Below, piece after piece: positions 21,009 through 29,907 of a stretch of DNA of 64,000 nucleotides (its first letter is position 1; every line of letters begins with the position of its first letter). The notes below the pieces were generated by a model. It made no database searches. It was not told the origin of the DNA and was given only the letters and a program-made list of their open reading frames with translations. The position numbers and the translations under genes are program-made. The DNA is taken from assembly GCA_963806185.1 (NCBI GenBank), contig CAWDXE010000007.1, positions 64,001-128,000 of the forward strand, read 5' to 3'. The DNA is from an uncultured candidate division Zixibacteria bacterium (GTDB lineage Bacteria > Zixibacteria > MSB-5A5 > GN15 > FEB-12).

Positions 21009-22229
21009 ATGAAGCTTCAAACTATACTCTGGCGCGAGCTATGGCTGCGAAAGTCGCAGCTCGTGTCGGCCTTACTTGGAATCACGCTTGGCATCGCCGT
21101 AATAGTTGGCATTCAATCGGTTTCAGCGGTTTCCGAGACAGCGGTCAAGGTAAGTCTCGACAACTTGGGGGCTAATATCCTGGTGCTGCCTCAAGCCGCG
21201 TCGGTTGATGACTACTATTCGTCTGATATTGACGCACCGACGTTTTCCGAAGACTATGTAGAACGACTTGCCACGTCGATGTTGCCGGGTGTCGACAACC
21301 TTTCCCCAAAGCTAACCCGGCGCGTGAAAGTTGGCGATGTGCCAATTATCCTCACTGGTATTCTACCAGCTAACGAGCTGGCTGCGAAACCGATTTGGCA
21401 AACGGCCGGTTTGGTCGGGGACGGTCTGAATGCAGCGTGTGATCCTGGCACCACGGCTAATCAGTCGTTTGGATATCAGGACGAACGGCTGCAACGCAAG
21501 GCGGTCGACTCGCTGGCGACCACTGATGTGTTGGTCGGTAGCAGCGCTGCGCAGCGGTTGAATCTGCGCGAGGGACAGACCGTGACAATTGAAGGTAAGA
21601 CTTTTACTGTTGCCCGCGTTATCCCAGAGACCGGCACCATTGACGACAGTCGCGTGTATGCCCACCTGCACACGGTCCAGCAGCTTTTGGGGACTGGCCG
21701 GCAGGTCAGCGCCATCGAGATCATGGGGTGCTGCTCAGCTATCTCGGATGGACTCCTTGGCAAGCTCCGCAATATCTTGCCCGATACGCGGATTACGACG
21801 ATCAATCAGATTGTCAGCACGCAAATCAGGACCAATCAGCTCATGAGCAAGATCTCCATGGTCTTTCTGGTGATCATCATCATTGTCGGAGCCATAACGA
21901 TTGGCAACTACATGTGGGCGAATGTCGAAGAGCGACGTCGCGAGATCGGCATTCTGATCACCATCGGTACGAAGCGTTCGGCCATCTACCGTCTCTTCTT
22001 GTCAAAAGCAGTGTTCCTGGGTGTAATTGGCGGCATTGGCGGTTTCATCGTTGGGACCGGGGCTGCAATGATTCTTGGACCGCAACTAGCTGGGCTACAT
22101 GTTTCGCCGATGCCACTTTATTTGCTGTTATCAGTGGTCGTAGCAGTGTCGATAGCATTGCTTGGCAGTATTCTTCCGGTTTACCGGGCAGCGAGATTTG
22201 ACCCAGCTGTCATCATGCAGGAGGTGTGA
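21009..22229 (+). CDS. ABC transporter permease, MacB/FtsX family
   Basis: N-terminal TM, large periplasmic domain (contains GCCS), ERRREIGIL, three C-terminal TMs, PVYRAARFDP. Confidence 0.9.
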   Translation: MKLQTILWRELWLRKSQLVSALLGITLGIAVIVGIQSVSAVSETAVKVSLDNLGANILVLPQAASVDDYYSSDIDAPTFSEDYVERLATSMLPGVDNLSPKLTRRVKVGDVPIILTGILPANELAAKPIWQTAGLVGDGLNAACDPGTTANQSFGYQDERLQRKAVDSLATTDVLVGSSAAQRLNLREGQTVTIEGKTFTVARVIPETGTIDDSRVYAHLHTVQQLLGTGRQVSAIEIMGCCSAISDGLLGKLRNILPDTRITTINQIVSTQIRTNQLMSKISMVFLVIIIIVGAITIGNYMWANVEERRREIGILITIGTKRSAIYRLFLSKAVFLGVIGGIGGFIVGTGAAMILGPQLAGLHVSPMPLYLLLSVVVAVSIALLGSILPVYRAARFDPAVIMQEV

Positions 22230-22898
22230 GTGATGTTTGCCATTCACAACTTGAGCAAGGTCTACACCTCTCAACACGGCACGGTTCGGGCACTGGATGA
22301 CATATCGCTGACCGTCGAGAAAGGCAGTTTTGTTGCCGTGACCGGCGGGTCCGGTTCGGGCAAGACGACCATGTTGTTGACGCTTGGCGGTCTCATTCGA
22401 CCGACGAGCGGAACGGTGTCGTTCTCCGGCAAGACCATTTACACTATGTCCGAGCCAGAGCTTGCCGAGTATCGCAATCGCAAGATTGGTTTTGTACTAC
22501 AGACATTCAATCTGATCCCATACCTTACAGCGTTGGAAAACGTCATGCTTCCGATGATATTTTCTTCTAACGGCAACGGCACCGCGCAAGCCCAGGCGGA
22601 AGCATTGCTGGAGAAAGTAGGCCTAAAAGATCGCGAAGAACATCTGCCGAGAGAGCTGTCCGTGGGGCAACAGCAGCGGGTGGCTATTGCGCGAGCTCTC
22701 GCCAATAGTCCGGAGGTAATTCTTGCTGACGAGCCAACGGGCAATCTGGATCCCAGTCTGTCACTCGAAGTGCTGAAGATTCTCAAACGGCTCAATGAAG
22801 AAGAGGGACGAACGGTTATCATGGTGACTCACAGCCCGGAAGCGGCGACATTCGGGAATCGCCAGGTTCGCCTAAAAGACGGTAAGGTACACGACTGA
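22230..22898 (+). CDS. ABC transporter ATP-binding protein, LolD/MacB family
   Basis: GGSGSGKT, LSVGQQQRVAIARAL, ADEPTGNLD. Confidence 0.95.
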   Translation: MMFAIHNLSKVYTSQHGTVRALDDISLTVEKGSFVAVTGGSGSGKTTMLLTLGGLIRPTSGTVSFSGKTIYTMSEPELAEYRNRKIGFVLQTFNLIPYLTALENVMLPMIFSSNGNGTAQAQAEALLEKVGLKDREEHLPRELSVGQQQRVAIARALANSPEVILADEPTGNLDPSLSLEVLKILKRLNEEEGRTVIMVTHSPEAATFGNRQVRLKDGKVHD

Positions 22899-22899
22899 T

Positions 22900-23836
22900 A
22901 TGGGGAAACACGACAACAAGCGCGACCGGCACGGCAAAAAGCACTCCGGCAAGCGCAGCCACAGGCAATCGGTAGGTAGCGGGACCTCCCGCCATTGGGT
23001 GGGATGGGCAGCGCTCGCAGTTGTCCTGGTCGCCGGCGTAGGCATCGCATGGACGCTTTTCAAAGAAGAAAGTCCGAGAATTACTGCGTCTACTCCGGTG
23101 ACCAAGCTTCCGGAGTCAGTGTTACCAAAGAATCTGGAGACCAGGCCCGCTGAGTCGAAGCCAGTACCGCCACCGGCTGCGCCGCGTCTCGACATTCCGG
23201 AACCGGAATTTGATTTCGGCTTCGTGCCACAGAATGCGAAGATAAGTCACGTGTTCTGGCTACACTCGGCCGGCACCGACACACTCAAGATCATCAAGGT
23301 CAACCCCGGCTGAGGCTGCACCCAAGCGCCCTTGGAAAAGGACGCACTGGCTGTCGGCGACAGCACTACCCTTGAGATTATCTTCAGTACCGGAAGCTAC
23401 AGTAACCAGGTGAGCAAAGCGCCGTCGATATTGACCAACGAAGCGCAGGGGGCCAAAAACGTCACCATCAAGGCCAACATCGTCACAAAGCCGGACTCGA
23501 CTTATCCGATCGTCATTCAACCGCCCAAGATCGAATTTGCGAGCCGGCGACAGCACCGAAACGATGGAGTTTACGATCACGAACAAGTCGGACGGAGCGC
23601 TAATTCCGAGAATTGTTAGCGCACCGCGCCGTTTTGTCAGTATAAACTTGCCGCAGTCTATTCCGGCGGGCGAATCTACCATAGGGAGTGTTACACTCAA
23701 GAAGGCCGGACTTAAGACGGGTTTCGAGAAGTCAGTGACCGTCCAATTAAACGATCAGGCGAAGAGCCGCTTTACCATTCCGATCAAGCGATCGGTGGTT
23801 GGCCAAGCTGTTGTTGTTCCGGCCGGAGGGCATTGA
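22900..23836 (+). CDS. Membrane-anchored DUF1573-like (Ig-fold) probable selenoprotein; UGA at 23311-23313; +1 frameshift near 23537
   Basis: FDFGFV...HVFWL...LKIIKVNPG-TGA-GCTQAP aligns with the family's C-G-C-T motif; the frame continues through ORF 23332-23619 and then 23537-23836. Confidence 0.75.
23326..23345 (+). promoter_or_regulatory. Candidate bacterial SECIS hairpin
   Basis: GCGCCCTT-GGAA-AAGGACGC (7 bp, one mismatch); G-first apical loop 20 nt after the UGA. Confidence 0.55.
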
Positions 23837-23920
23837 GTTTCGTGACGGCCCAGGACACATAGCGCATTTGCATCATTTGAGGATAGTCGAACAGTCTACC
23901 CAAATAACAGGAGGATTCCA

Positions 23921-24379
23921 GTGAAACGATTTATTATAACGATGGCCCTTTTCCTTATGGCCATTACAATGGCCTGTAACAAATCATCGGAAACTCCTGC
24001 TCGCCAAGGTGCGGGCACTAATTCGGGCGCAGCACAGCCTGCCACTGCATCTCCCGATTTGTCCAAGGCACCACCTGTCACCGTGGCTAATCCTCCTGCG
24101 GCTACACCACAAACTCCCTCTGGGTATGCTACTGCTCCGGGCATGAATCCTCCGCACGGTCAACCGAGTCATCGCTGTGATATTCCCGTTGGGGCACCAC
24201 TTAATTCGCCGCCAGGTACACAGTCGACACCGGTCGTTCCTTCACAGCCCAATGCCACTGTCCAGACTCCGCCAACTACGACGGCTCCGGGCATGAATCC
24301 ACCGCATGGACAGCCGAATCATCGCTGTGATATTCCCGTAGGAGCGCCCCTCAGCTCAGCCCCTTCGCAGCCGAAGTAA
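23921..24379 (+). CDS. Pro-rich lipoprotein with two 24-aa His/Cys repeats
   Basis: Lipobox TMAC; TAPGMNPPHGQP(S/N)HRCDIPVGAPL twice (24131-24202, 24281-24352); GGAGG RBS. Confidence 0.8.
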   Translation: MKRFIITMALFLMAITMACNKSSETPARQGAGTNSGAAQPATASPDLSKAPPVTVANPPAATPQTPSGYATAPGMNPPHGQPSHRCDIPVGAPLNSPPGTQSTPVVPSQPNATVQTPPTTTAPGMNPPHGQPNHRCDIPVGAPLSSAPSQPK

Positions 24380-24437
24380 TTGTGCTGGCTACAGTTAAGA
24401 GGAGAGCGAAAATTCGTGAGAAATTCTGTTGATCTTG

Positions 24438-24461
24438 TTGGTAATTTGGCGATATTACCAA
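24438..24461 (+). promoter_or_regulatory. Inverted repeat upstream of second arsR (probable operator)
   Basis: TTGGTAAT-N8-ATTACCAA; a related TTTGGC-N6-GCCAAA site lies at 24835-24852. Confidence 0.55.
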
Positions 24462-24491
24462 GTATAAGGAAATAGCGAAGGAATTCAAAGT

Positions 24492-24818
24492 ATGGATAAT
24501 AAGACTAAAGCACATTTCGAGGCCAAGGCCAGAATTATTAAGGCGATGGCGCATCCGACGAGGCTCTTTATTGTGGATGAGCTGTCGCGAAAGGAACGGT
24601 GTGTATGCGATCTGACCGAAATGATCGGCGCGGATACATCGACCGTGTCCAAACATCTGTCCATTCTAAAAGCGGCCGGGATAGTGTCCGATGACAAGCG
24701 CGGTCTGCAGGTCTTCTACTCCCTGAAGGTGCCGTGCATCTTGAATTTCTTCGGATGTGTTTCGCAGGTGCAGAAGCTGTCGGCGAAGGAGCAGGTCGCG
24801 CTGGTCGTACGAAAGTAG
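24492..24818 (+). CDS. arsR: ArsR/SmtB transcriptional repressor (2)
   Basis: KAMAHPTRL, ERCVCDL, STVSKHLSILK. Confidence 0.9.
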   Translation: MDNKTKAHFEAKARIIKAMAHPTRLFIVDELSRKERCVCDLTEMIGADTSTVSKHLSILKAAGIVSDDKRGLQVFYSLKVPCILNFFGCVSQVQKLSAKEQVALVVRK

Positions 24819-24878
24819 TTTTTTTGGGTCCATCTTTGGCTGTTTGGCCAAATAGACATATGAAAATAGGCGTTTGAT

Positions 24879-26180
24879 ATGAAATGGAAAGCAGAGTGGA
24901 AGCCCCTGACCCTAATAATTATCATATTCCTGGTCAGTTTCTATCTGCCGGTCGGCAAACCGCGTTTTGACAATGCGGTTACTGAATCGTTACAACTGGT
25001 AAAATGGTACGCGCAAGAGCATGTTCTACTCTGCCTGATACCGGCGTTCTTCATTGCCGGAGCGATTGGAGTCTTTGTCAGCCAGGCTTCAGTCATGCGC
25101 TACCTGGGAGCCAAAGCCAACAAGGTTCTCGCCTACGGTGTGGCGTCGATCTCTGGAACCATTCTGGCAGTATGCTCATGCACGGTGCTCCCCCTGTTTG
25201 CGGGTATCTATCGGATGGGCGCAGGGCTCGGCCCGGCCAGTGCCTTTCTCTACTCCGGACCGGCAATCAACGTGCTGGCCATATTTCTGACCGCGCGGAT
25301 TCTCGGGATCGAAATGGGTGTGGCCCGCGCAGTCGGCGCGGTCGTGTTCAGCGTAATCGTTGGGCTCATCATGCATTTCATCTACCGCAAAGAGGAAACG
25401 GCCAAAGCTGACGCTCAAATGGCTCTGCCCGATCCACCGCCGACGCGCCCGCTCTGGCAGACGATACTCTATTTTGCTTCAATGATAGCCATACTCGTCT
25501 TCGCCAACTGGGGCAAGTCAAGCGAACCAGTCGGCATCTGGAATGCAATTTACGAACTCAAATGGTATCTGACTGCCTTGTCAGCTGCGGCCCTCGGATT
25601 GATGCTGGCTACCTGGTTTAACGTCACCTGGTGGAAAATTGGCGCGGTCGCAGTTCCGGTCGCGATCCTAGGCCTGGTCTTTCGCGAATATCCGTTGATT
25701 CCGTTCGCTGCGGGGTTTGTAGGGCTCTCCATCATTACCAGCACCGATGACGGCGAGATGGGGAGCTGGTTCGAACAGACCTGGGGATTCGCCAAGCAGA
25801 TTCTGCCGCTACTTCTCTTTGGCGTTCTCGTCGCAGGACTTCTCTTGGGCAGGCCCGGACACGAGGGAATCATTCCTTCCGAGTGGATCAGTCGCTCGGT
25901 GGGCGGCAACTCACTCTGGGCGAATCTCTTTGCCTCGGTAGCAGGCGCCTTTATGTATTTCGCCACGTTGACAGAGATCCCGATTCTGCAAGGTCTCCTG
26001 GGGAGCGGCATGGGTAAGGGTCCGGCGTTGGCGCTTTTGCTGGCCGGACCGGCGCTTTCTCTTCCGAGCATGCTAGTACTGCGGAGCATTATGGGCCTTA
26101 GAAAGACGGCAGTGTTTGTGAGTATCGTGGTAGTCATGGCTACTATCACGGGAATGACGTACGGCTATTTCTTTGGATAG
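24879..26180 (+). CDS. Permease, DUF318/ArsP-like
   Basis: Polytopic; AVCSCTVLPLF, FLYSGPAIN, YFATLTEIP, GPALSLPS. Confidence 0.82.
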   Translation: MKWKAEWKPLTLIIIIFLVSFYLPVGKPRFDNAVTESLQLVKWYAQEHVLLCLIPAFFIAGAIGVFVSQASVMRYLGAKANKVLAYGVASISGTILAVCSCTVLPLFAGIYRMGAGLGPASAFLYSGPAINVLAIFLTARILGIEMGVARAVGAVVFSVIVGLIMHFIYRKEETAKADAQMALPDPPPTRPLWQTILYFASMIAILVFANWGKSSEPVGIWNAIYELKWYLTALSAAALGLMLATWFNVTWWKIGAVAVPVAILGLVFREYPLIPFAAGFVGLSIITSTDDGEMGSWFEQTWGFAKQILPLLLFGVLVAGLLLGRPGHEGIIPSEWISRSVGGNSLWANLFASVAGAFMYFATLTEIPILQGLLGSGMGKGPALALLLAGPALSLPSMLVLRSIMGLRKTAVFVSIVVVMATITGMTYGYFFG

Positions 26181-26190
26181 GAGATACACA

Positions 26191-26424
26191 ATGAAACTGA
26201 TTCAAATCCTAGGCACGGGCTGTCCCAAGTGCAAGAAGCTCGAAGAGCAGACGCGCGAAGCGGCCAAGGCCATCGGCCTTGAGTGTGAGATCCTCAAGGT
26301 GACCGATATCGAGGCGATCATGCGCATGGGCGTGATGATGACCCCGGGGCTGGCAATCGACGGGCAGGTTGTTCTGTCTGGGAAAGTACCGTCGGTTGAT
26401 GAACTCAAAAAGATTCTGGCCTGA
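26191..26424 (+). CDS. Small redox-active disulfide protein (thioredoxin-like)
   Basis: IQILGTGCPKC, GVMMTPGLAIDG. Confidence 0.88.
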   Translation: MKLIQILGTGCPKCKKLEEQTREAAKAIGLECEILKVTDIEAIMRMGVMMTPGLAIDGQVVLSGKVPSVDELKKILA

Positions 26425-26437
26425 AAGGGAACCTCAG

Positions 26438-26929
26438 ATGAATAAGGCAAAAGTCGCAGCGATCCTCGTAGGCATCGCAGCAATGTGGGTGGGTGGATAC
26501 CTGTTGGCCAATGCGGGTAACGGAACAGCAGATTCGCCGTCCACCGTTTCTCCTACCGCCGCCACGACCGATAGCGTTACCGCTATACCCCACAAAGTCG
26601 TTGCCTACTATTTCCACGGCAATGTCCGCTGTGTGACCTGTCGAAAGATCGAAGCATACACCGGCGAAGCGATTGACAGCGGTTTCGCGGCTGAACTCAA
26701 ATCCGGATTGCTTGAGTGGCATGCGATAAACACGGATTCATCGCAAAACGAGCATTATTTGGAGGACTACCAATTATTCACCAAGTCGGTAATTCTCTCA
26801 GATCTGCACCATGGTAAGCAGACCCGCTGGAAAAACCTCGACAAGATCTGGACGCTGACGGGAAACAAGTCCGACTTCATGAAATACATCCGGGATGAAG
26901 TCAGGATCATGCTGGATTCAACCAAGTAA
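26438..26929 (+). CDS. ArsF-like thioredoxin-fold exported protein (1)
   Basis: N-terminal TM/signal; YYFHGNVRCVTCRKIE; WKNLDKIW. Confidence 0.75.
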   Translation: MNKAKVAAILVGIAAMWVGGYLLANAGNGTADSPSTVSPTAATTDSVTAIPHKVVAYYFHGNVRCVTCRKIEAYTGEAIDSGFAAELKSGLLEWHAINTDSSQNEHYLEDYQLFTKSVILSDLHHGKQTRWKNLDKIWTLTGNKSDFMKYIRDEVRIMLDSTK

Positions 26930-26943
26930 AGGAACGACAGACA

Positions 26944-27414
26944 ATGACCCCTCGCAAAATCATCACGTTTGTTCTGCTCCTTCTGGTTGGAGTGAGTATT
27001 GTCGTCTTCGTGGCGCGACAAACAGGTCTTATTTCCGCGGACCTGGTATCAATCGGTGCATCAGCGGATGCGCCCCGACACAAGGTCATCGCCTATTATT
27101 TCCACGGCACGGTGCGGTGCGAAACCTGCCTGAATATCGAGCACTACACCGACGAAGCACTCAAGACCTACTTTGCCGATGACCTGGCCGATGGCCGCTT
27201 GGAATGGCGCGTGATCAACCGCGAAGTACCACCCAATGAACACTTTGTACAGGACTATGGACTGTATTCTCAGGCTCTGATCATCATCGACTCAATACCG
27301 GGACAGAAAGCCGAATACAAAAACCTCGAGGCCATGTGGGATTACGCCCACGACAAACCGGCGTTTATGGCATGGGTGCGTGGTGAAGTCGATCAGTACC
27401 TGAGGAGGCTGTAG
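26944..27414 (+). CDS. ArsF-like thioredoxin-fold exported protein (2)
   Basis: YYFHGTVRCETCLNIE; paralog of the preceding gene. Confidence 0.75.
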   Translation: MTPRKIITFVLLLLVGVSIVVFVARQTGLISADLVSIGASADAPRHKVIAYYFHGTVRCETCLNIEHYTDEALKTYFADDLADGRLEWRVINREVPPNEHFVQDYGLYSQALIIIDSIPGQKAEYKNLEAMWDYAHDKPAFMAWVRGEVDQYLRRL

Positions 27415-28103
27415 TGGAGTCACTCTACGTTGCGGCTCTTTCGGCGATCTGGCTGGGCATACTGACTTCCATCAGCCCCTGTCCGCTCGCCACCAACATT
27501 GCGGCCGTTTCCTATATAGGCAAGCATGTGGCCAGTGGCCGGCATGCGGTGTGGTCCGGACTTCTCTATGTACTGGGCCGTCTCGTGACCTATGTGGCGG
27601 TGGGCGCGATCGTGACCGCTGGTGTTCTCTCCATTCCGGGCGTGTCGAATTTCCTGCAGAAGTACATGAACAGCTTGCTTGGCCCGGTCCTTATCCTGGT
27701 TGGACTCGTCTTGCTGAACTGGTTACCGATCAATATACCGGGCCTTACCCCCAGCGATAAAATGCAGGAACGCGCCTCACACGGGAGTCTTTGGGGTGCA
27801 TGTGCCCTTGGTGCCATCTTTGCGCTGTCGTTTTGCCCTGTGTCGGCGGCTCTGTTCTTCGGAAGTCTGATTCCGCTATCGGTTCAGCACCACTCATACT
27901 TACTCTTGCCATCGCTATACGGCTTCGGTACTGGATTGCCGGTGCTGGTGGTGGGCATTATGCTGGCCTATAGTGCTAAATCGGTGGGAAGGCTGTTTAC
28001 CGGTATCCAGCGCTTTGAGAGTTGGGTCCGCGTCATGACAGCGGTGATCTTTATTATCATCGGGATCTATATGATCCTGCGATACGTTTTTTACCTATTC
28101 TAA
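27414..28103 (+). CDS. ArsG-like / DsbD-CcdA family membrane protein
   Basis: LTSISPCPLATNIAA and ALSFCPVSA conserved Cys-Pro motifs. Confidence 0.8.
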   Translation: MESLYVAALSAIWLGILTSISPCPLATNIAAVSYIGKHVASGRHAVWSGLLYVLGRLVTYVAVGAIVTAGVLSIPGVSNFLQKYMNSLLGPVLILVGLVLLNWLPINIPGLTPSDKMQERASHGSLWGACALGAIFALSFCPVSAALFFGSLIPLSVQHHSYLLLPSLYGFGTGLPVLVVGIMLAYSAKSVGRLFTGIQRFESWVRVMTAVIFIIIGIYMILRYVFYLF

Positions 28104-28172
28104 TCATGGGCCGGTGCCGGGCAAGAGCTCGACGCCGCCACTTACGCAATTCAAACGCATGCAAATGTTCGA

Positions 28173-28215
28173 TTGACACTCGTGCGAGAATCCATATATT
28201 TCGATATATGTCGAA
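28173..28215 (+). promoter_or_regulatory. Sigma70 promoter and operator for the arsR-hgcAB operon (likely leaderless)
   Basis: TTGACA (28173), 16 bp, TATATT (28195); TTCGA-N6-TCGAA (28200-28215) overlaps the ATG at 28208. Confidence 0.65.
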
Positions 28216-28573
28216 CTATAGTACTAAGACCCTCAAGCGTGTTTCGCAACAGTTTGCCGCCCTGTCTAATCCCAACCGAGCCGCAATCTTTGCGCGACTG
28301 GCCGGTTGTTGTTGTGGAACGGCCGAGACCTGCAGACATGACGCCATGCGCACGTGCGTAGGAGATTTGGGAAAAGATCTCAGCATCGCCGCTTCGACGG
28401 TGTCTCACCATATCAAAGAGCTCCATCGGGCTGGTCTGATTAAGCTCGAACGATGTGGCAGAACGGTCAGATGTTGTGTTGATACAAAGACCGTGAAGGA
28501 AATGGCTGGATTTCTAGATGGCGCAACCGCAGCGGGACGACAAGCGCCGACGAACAAGCCGAAACGAGCCTGA
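28208..28573 (+). CDS. Cys-rich ArsR-family regulator (3) heading the hgcAB operon
   Basis: FAALSNPNR, GCCCG, CVGDL, ASTVSHHIKEL, RCC; eight Cys. Confidence 0.85.
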   Translation: MSNYSTKTLKRVSQQFAALSNPNRAAIFARLAGCCCGTAETCRHDAMRTCVGDLGKDLSIAASTVSHHIKELHRAGLIKLERCGRTVRCCVDTKTVKEMAGFLDGATAAGRQAPTNKPKRA

Positions 28574-28589
28574 CAATCGGAGGATAGAC

Positions 28590-29186
28590 GTGGACGATAT
28601 CAACAAAGACAATCTACCCGGCTGCTGTGAGGGTGGCCAGTGCTGCTCACCAACGCCAGGTGGCGATACCCGCAAACCTGACCGTTGGAAATCTCTGATG
28701 TTCTCGGGAGTGATTTTGCTGGCATGTGCAGTGGCAGCATACTCTCTGTTCTGGCGAAGTCCGGATGCCGCGACCTCTGCCTGTTGCCCGCCGGGATCAG
28801 CGGCCGCGGTAGCTTGTGGCTCGTCGGCGGTCATTCCGGTCTTCGACCACTCCATGGCTCCGGCGGGTTTGTCGCTGTATCTCTTGTTATCGGCGACCGA
28901 TTCGCTTAGCCAGCAGCAGTTCGCGGTAATAAGTGAAGTTCGAGGGGCCGTGGAGTCAAAGGGGTCGCGGTTGGAACTTGAGACGTTGAGGCCCAGCGAC
29001 GGCTTCTTTCCGGCAATGGTCAGTGGTCATGGTATCACTTCCTTTCCGGCATTTCTGGTGTTCGGACAGCGCGACAGTTTGACCCTGAGTCTCACGAGTT
29101 TTCGAAGCGATACGATATTGAGCGTCTTTGTCCTGCCAGCTGAATCGTCGGAGGTGTCAACTACGTCCGAAACTAACCCTCAATAG
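28590..29186 (+). CDS. Membrane-anchored protein with three Cys-Cys pairs
   Basis: GGAGG RBS + GTG; GCCEGGQCC, one TM, ACCPPG. Confidence 0.7.
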   Translation: MDDINKDNLPGCCEGGQCCSPTPGGDTRKPDRWKSLMFSGVILLACAVAAYSLFWRSPDAATSACCPPGSAAAVACGSSAVIPVFDHSMAPAGLSLYLLLSATDSLSQQQFAVISEVRGAVESKGSRLELETLRPSDGFFPAMVSGHGITSFPAFLVFGQRDSLTLSLTSFRSDTILSVFVLPAESSEVSTTSETNPQ

Positions 29187-29189
29187 CTG

Positions 29190-29895
29190 GTGAATGCGAT
29201 GGATTGGATAGAGCAAGTACTGCGATCCCCGGAATTCAGCATGGCTGCCCTGCCGGCGGCCCTCGTGCTGGGCCTGCTAACGGCAGTAACGTCGTGCTGC
29301 AATTTTGGCATCATCGCAGCTGTGGTAGGATATGCCGGAAGTCGCGACGAGCAGTATCATCGCCGCGACGCCGTCGTGACGGCCATTTCCTTCATGGTCG
29401 GCACGGTCGTGGCCCTCTCCGTGTTGGGGCTTCTCATCGGCCATGTCAGCGGACTAGCCGGAACCTCATTCAAACGCTACAGCACACTGATCATGGGGTT
29501 CGCTGTAATAATTGCCGGCCTGTGCCGCACTGAAGCTGCTGCCATTTCGATTGCCCTCCGTTAACTGGTCAAAAGTGAAGCGTCCCGGCGGTCGTTTCGG
29601 GTCGATTGTTTTCGGATTAGTCATCGGAACTGCGAGTATCGCGTGCACTGCAGCCTGCTGCGGCCCGCTGGTTCTCGTAGTCTTAGGCATGACCGCAATA
29701 GCGGGTCAGGCACTGCAGGGGGCAGTGATACTGGGGCTCTTTGCTATTGGCTACGGTCTTCCTCTGGCTGCGCTGATGCTTGGCGTTGGCCTCGGACGAA
29801 CCTCTGCGATTGCCCAGAAGTTGACTAAACCGATTCGCGTCGTTGCCGGATCGGGACTGCTTTTTGTGGGGTTCTGGTTACTCGCGACTATGTGA
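29190..29895 (+). CDS. CcdA/DsbD-like thiol-transfer membrane protein (+1 frameshift near 29522)
   Basis: ORFs 29190-29564 and 29512-29895; TSCCN and CTAACCGP at the positions of the two CcdA Cys motifs; FAIGYGLP. Confidence 0.72.
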
Positions 29896-29907
29896 GGATG
29901 CGCGGAT

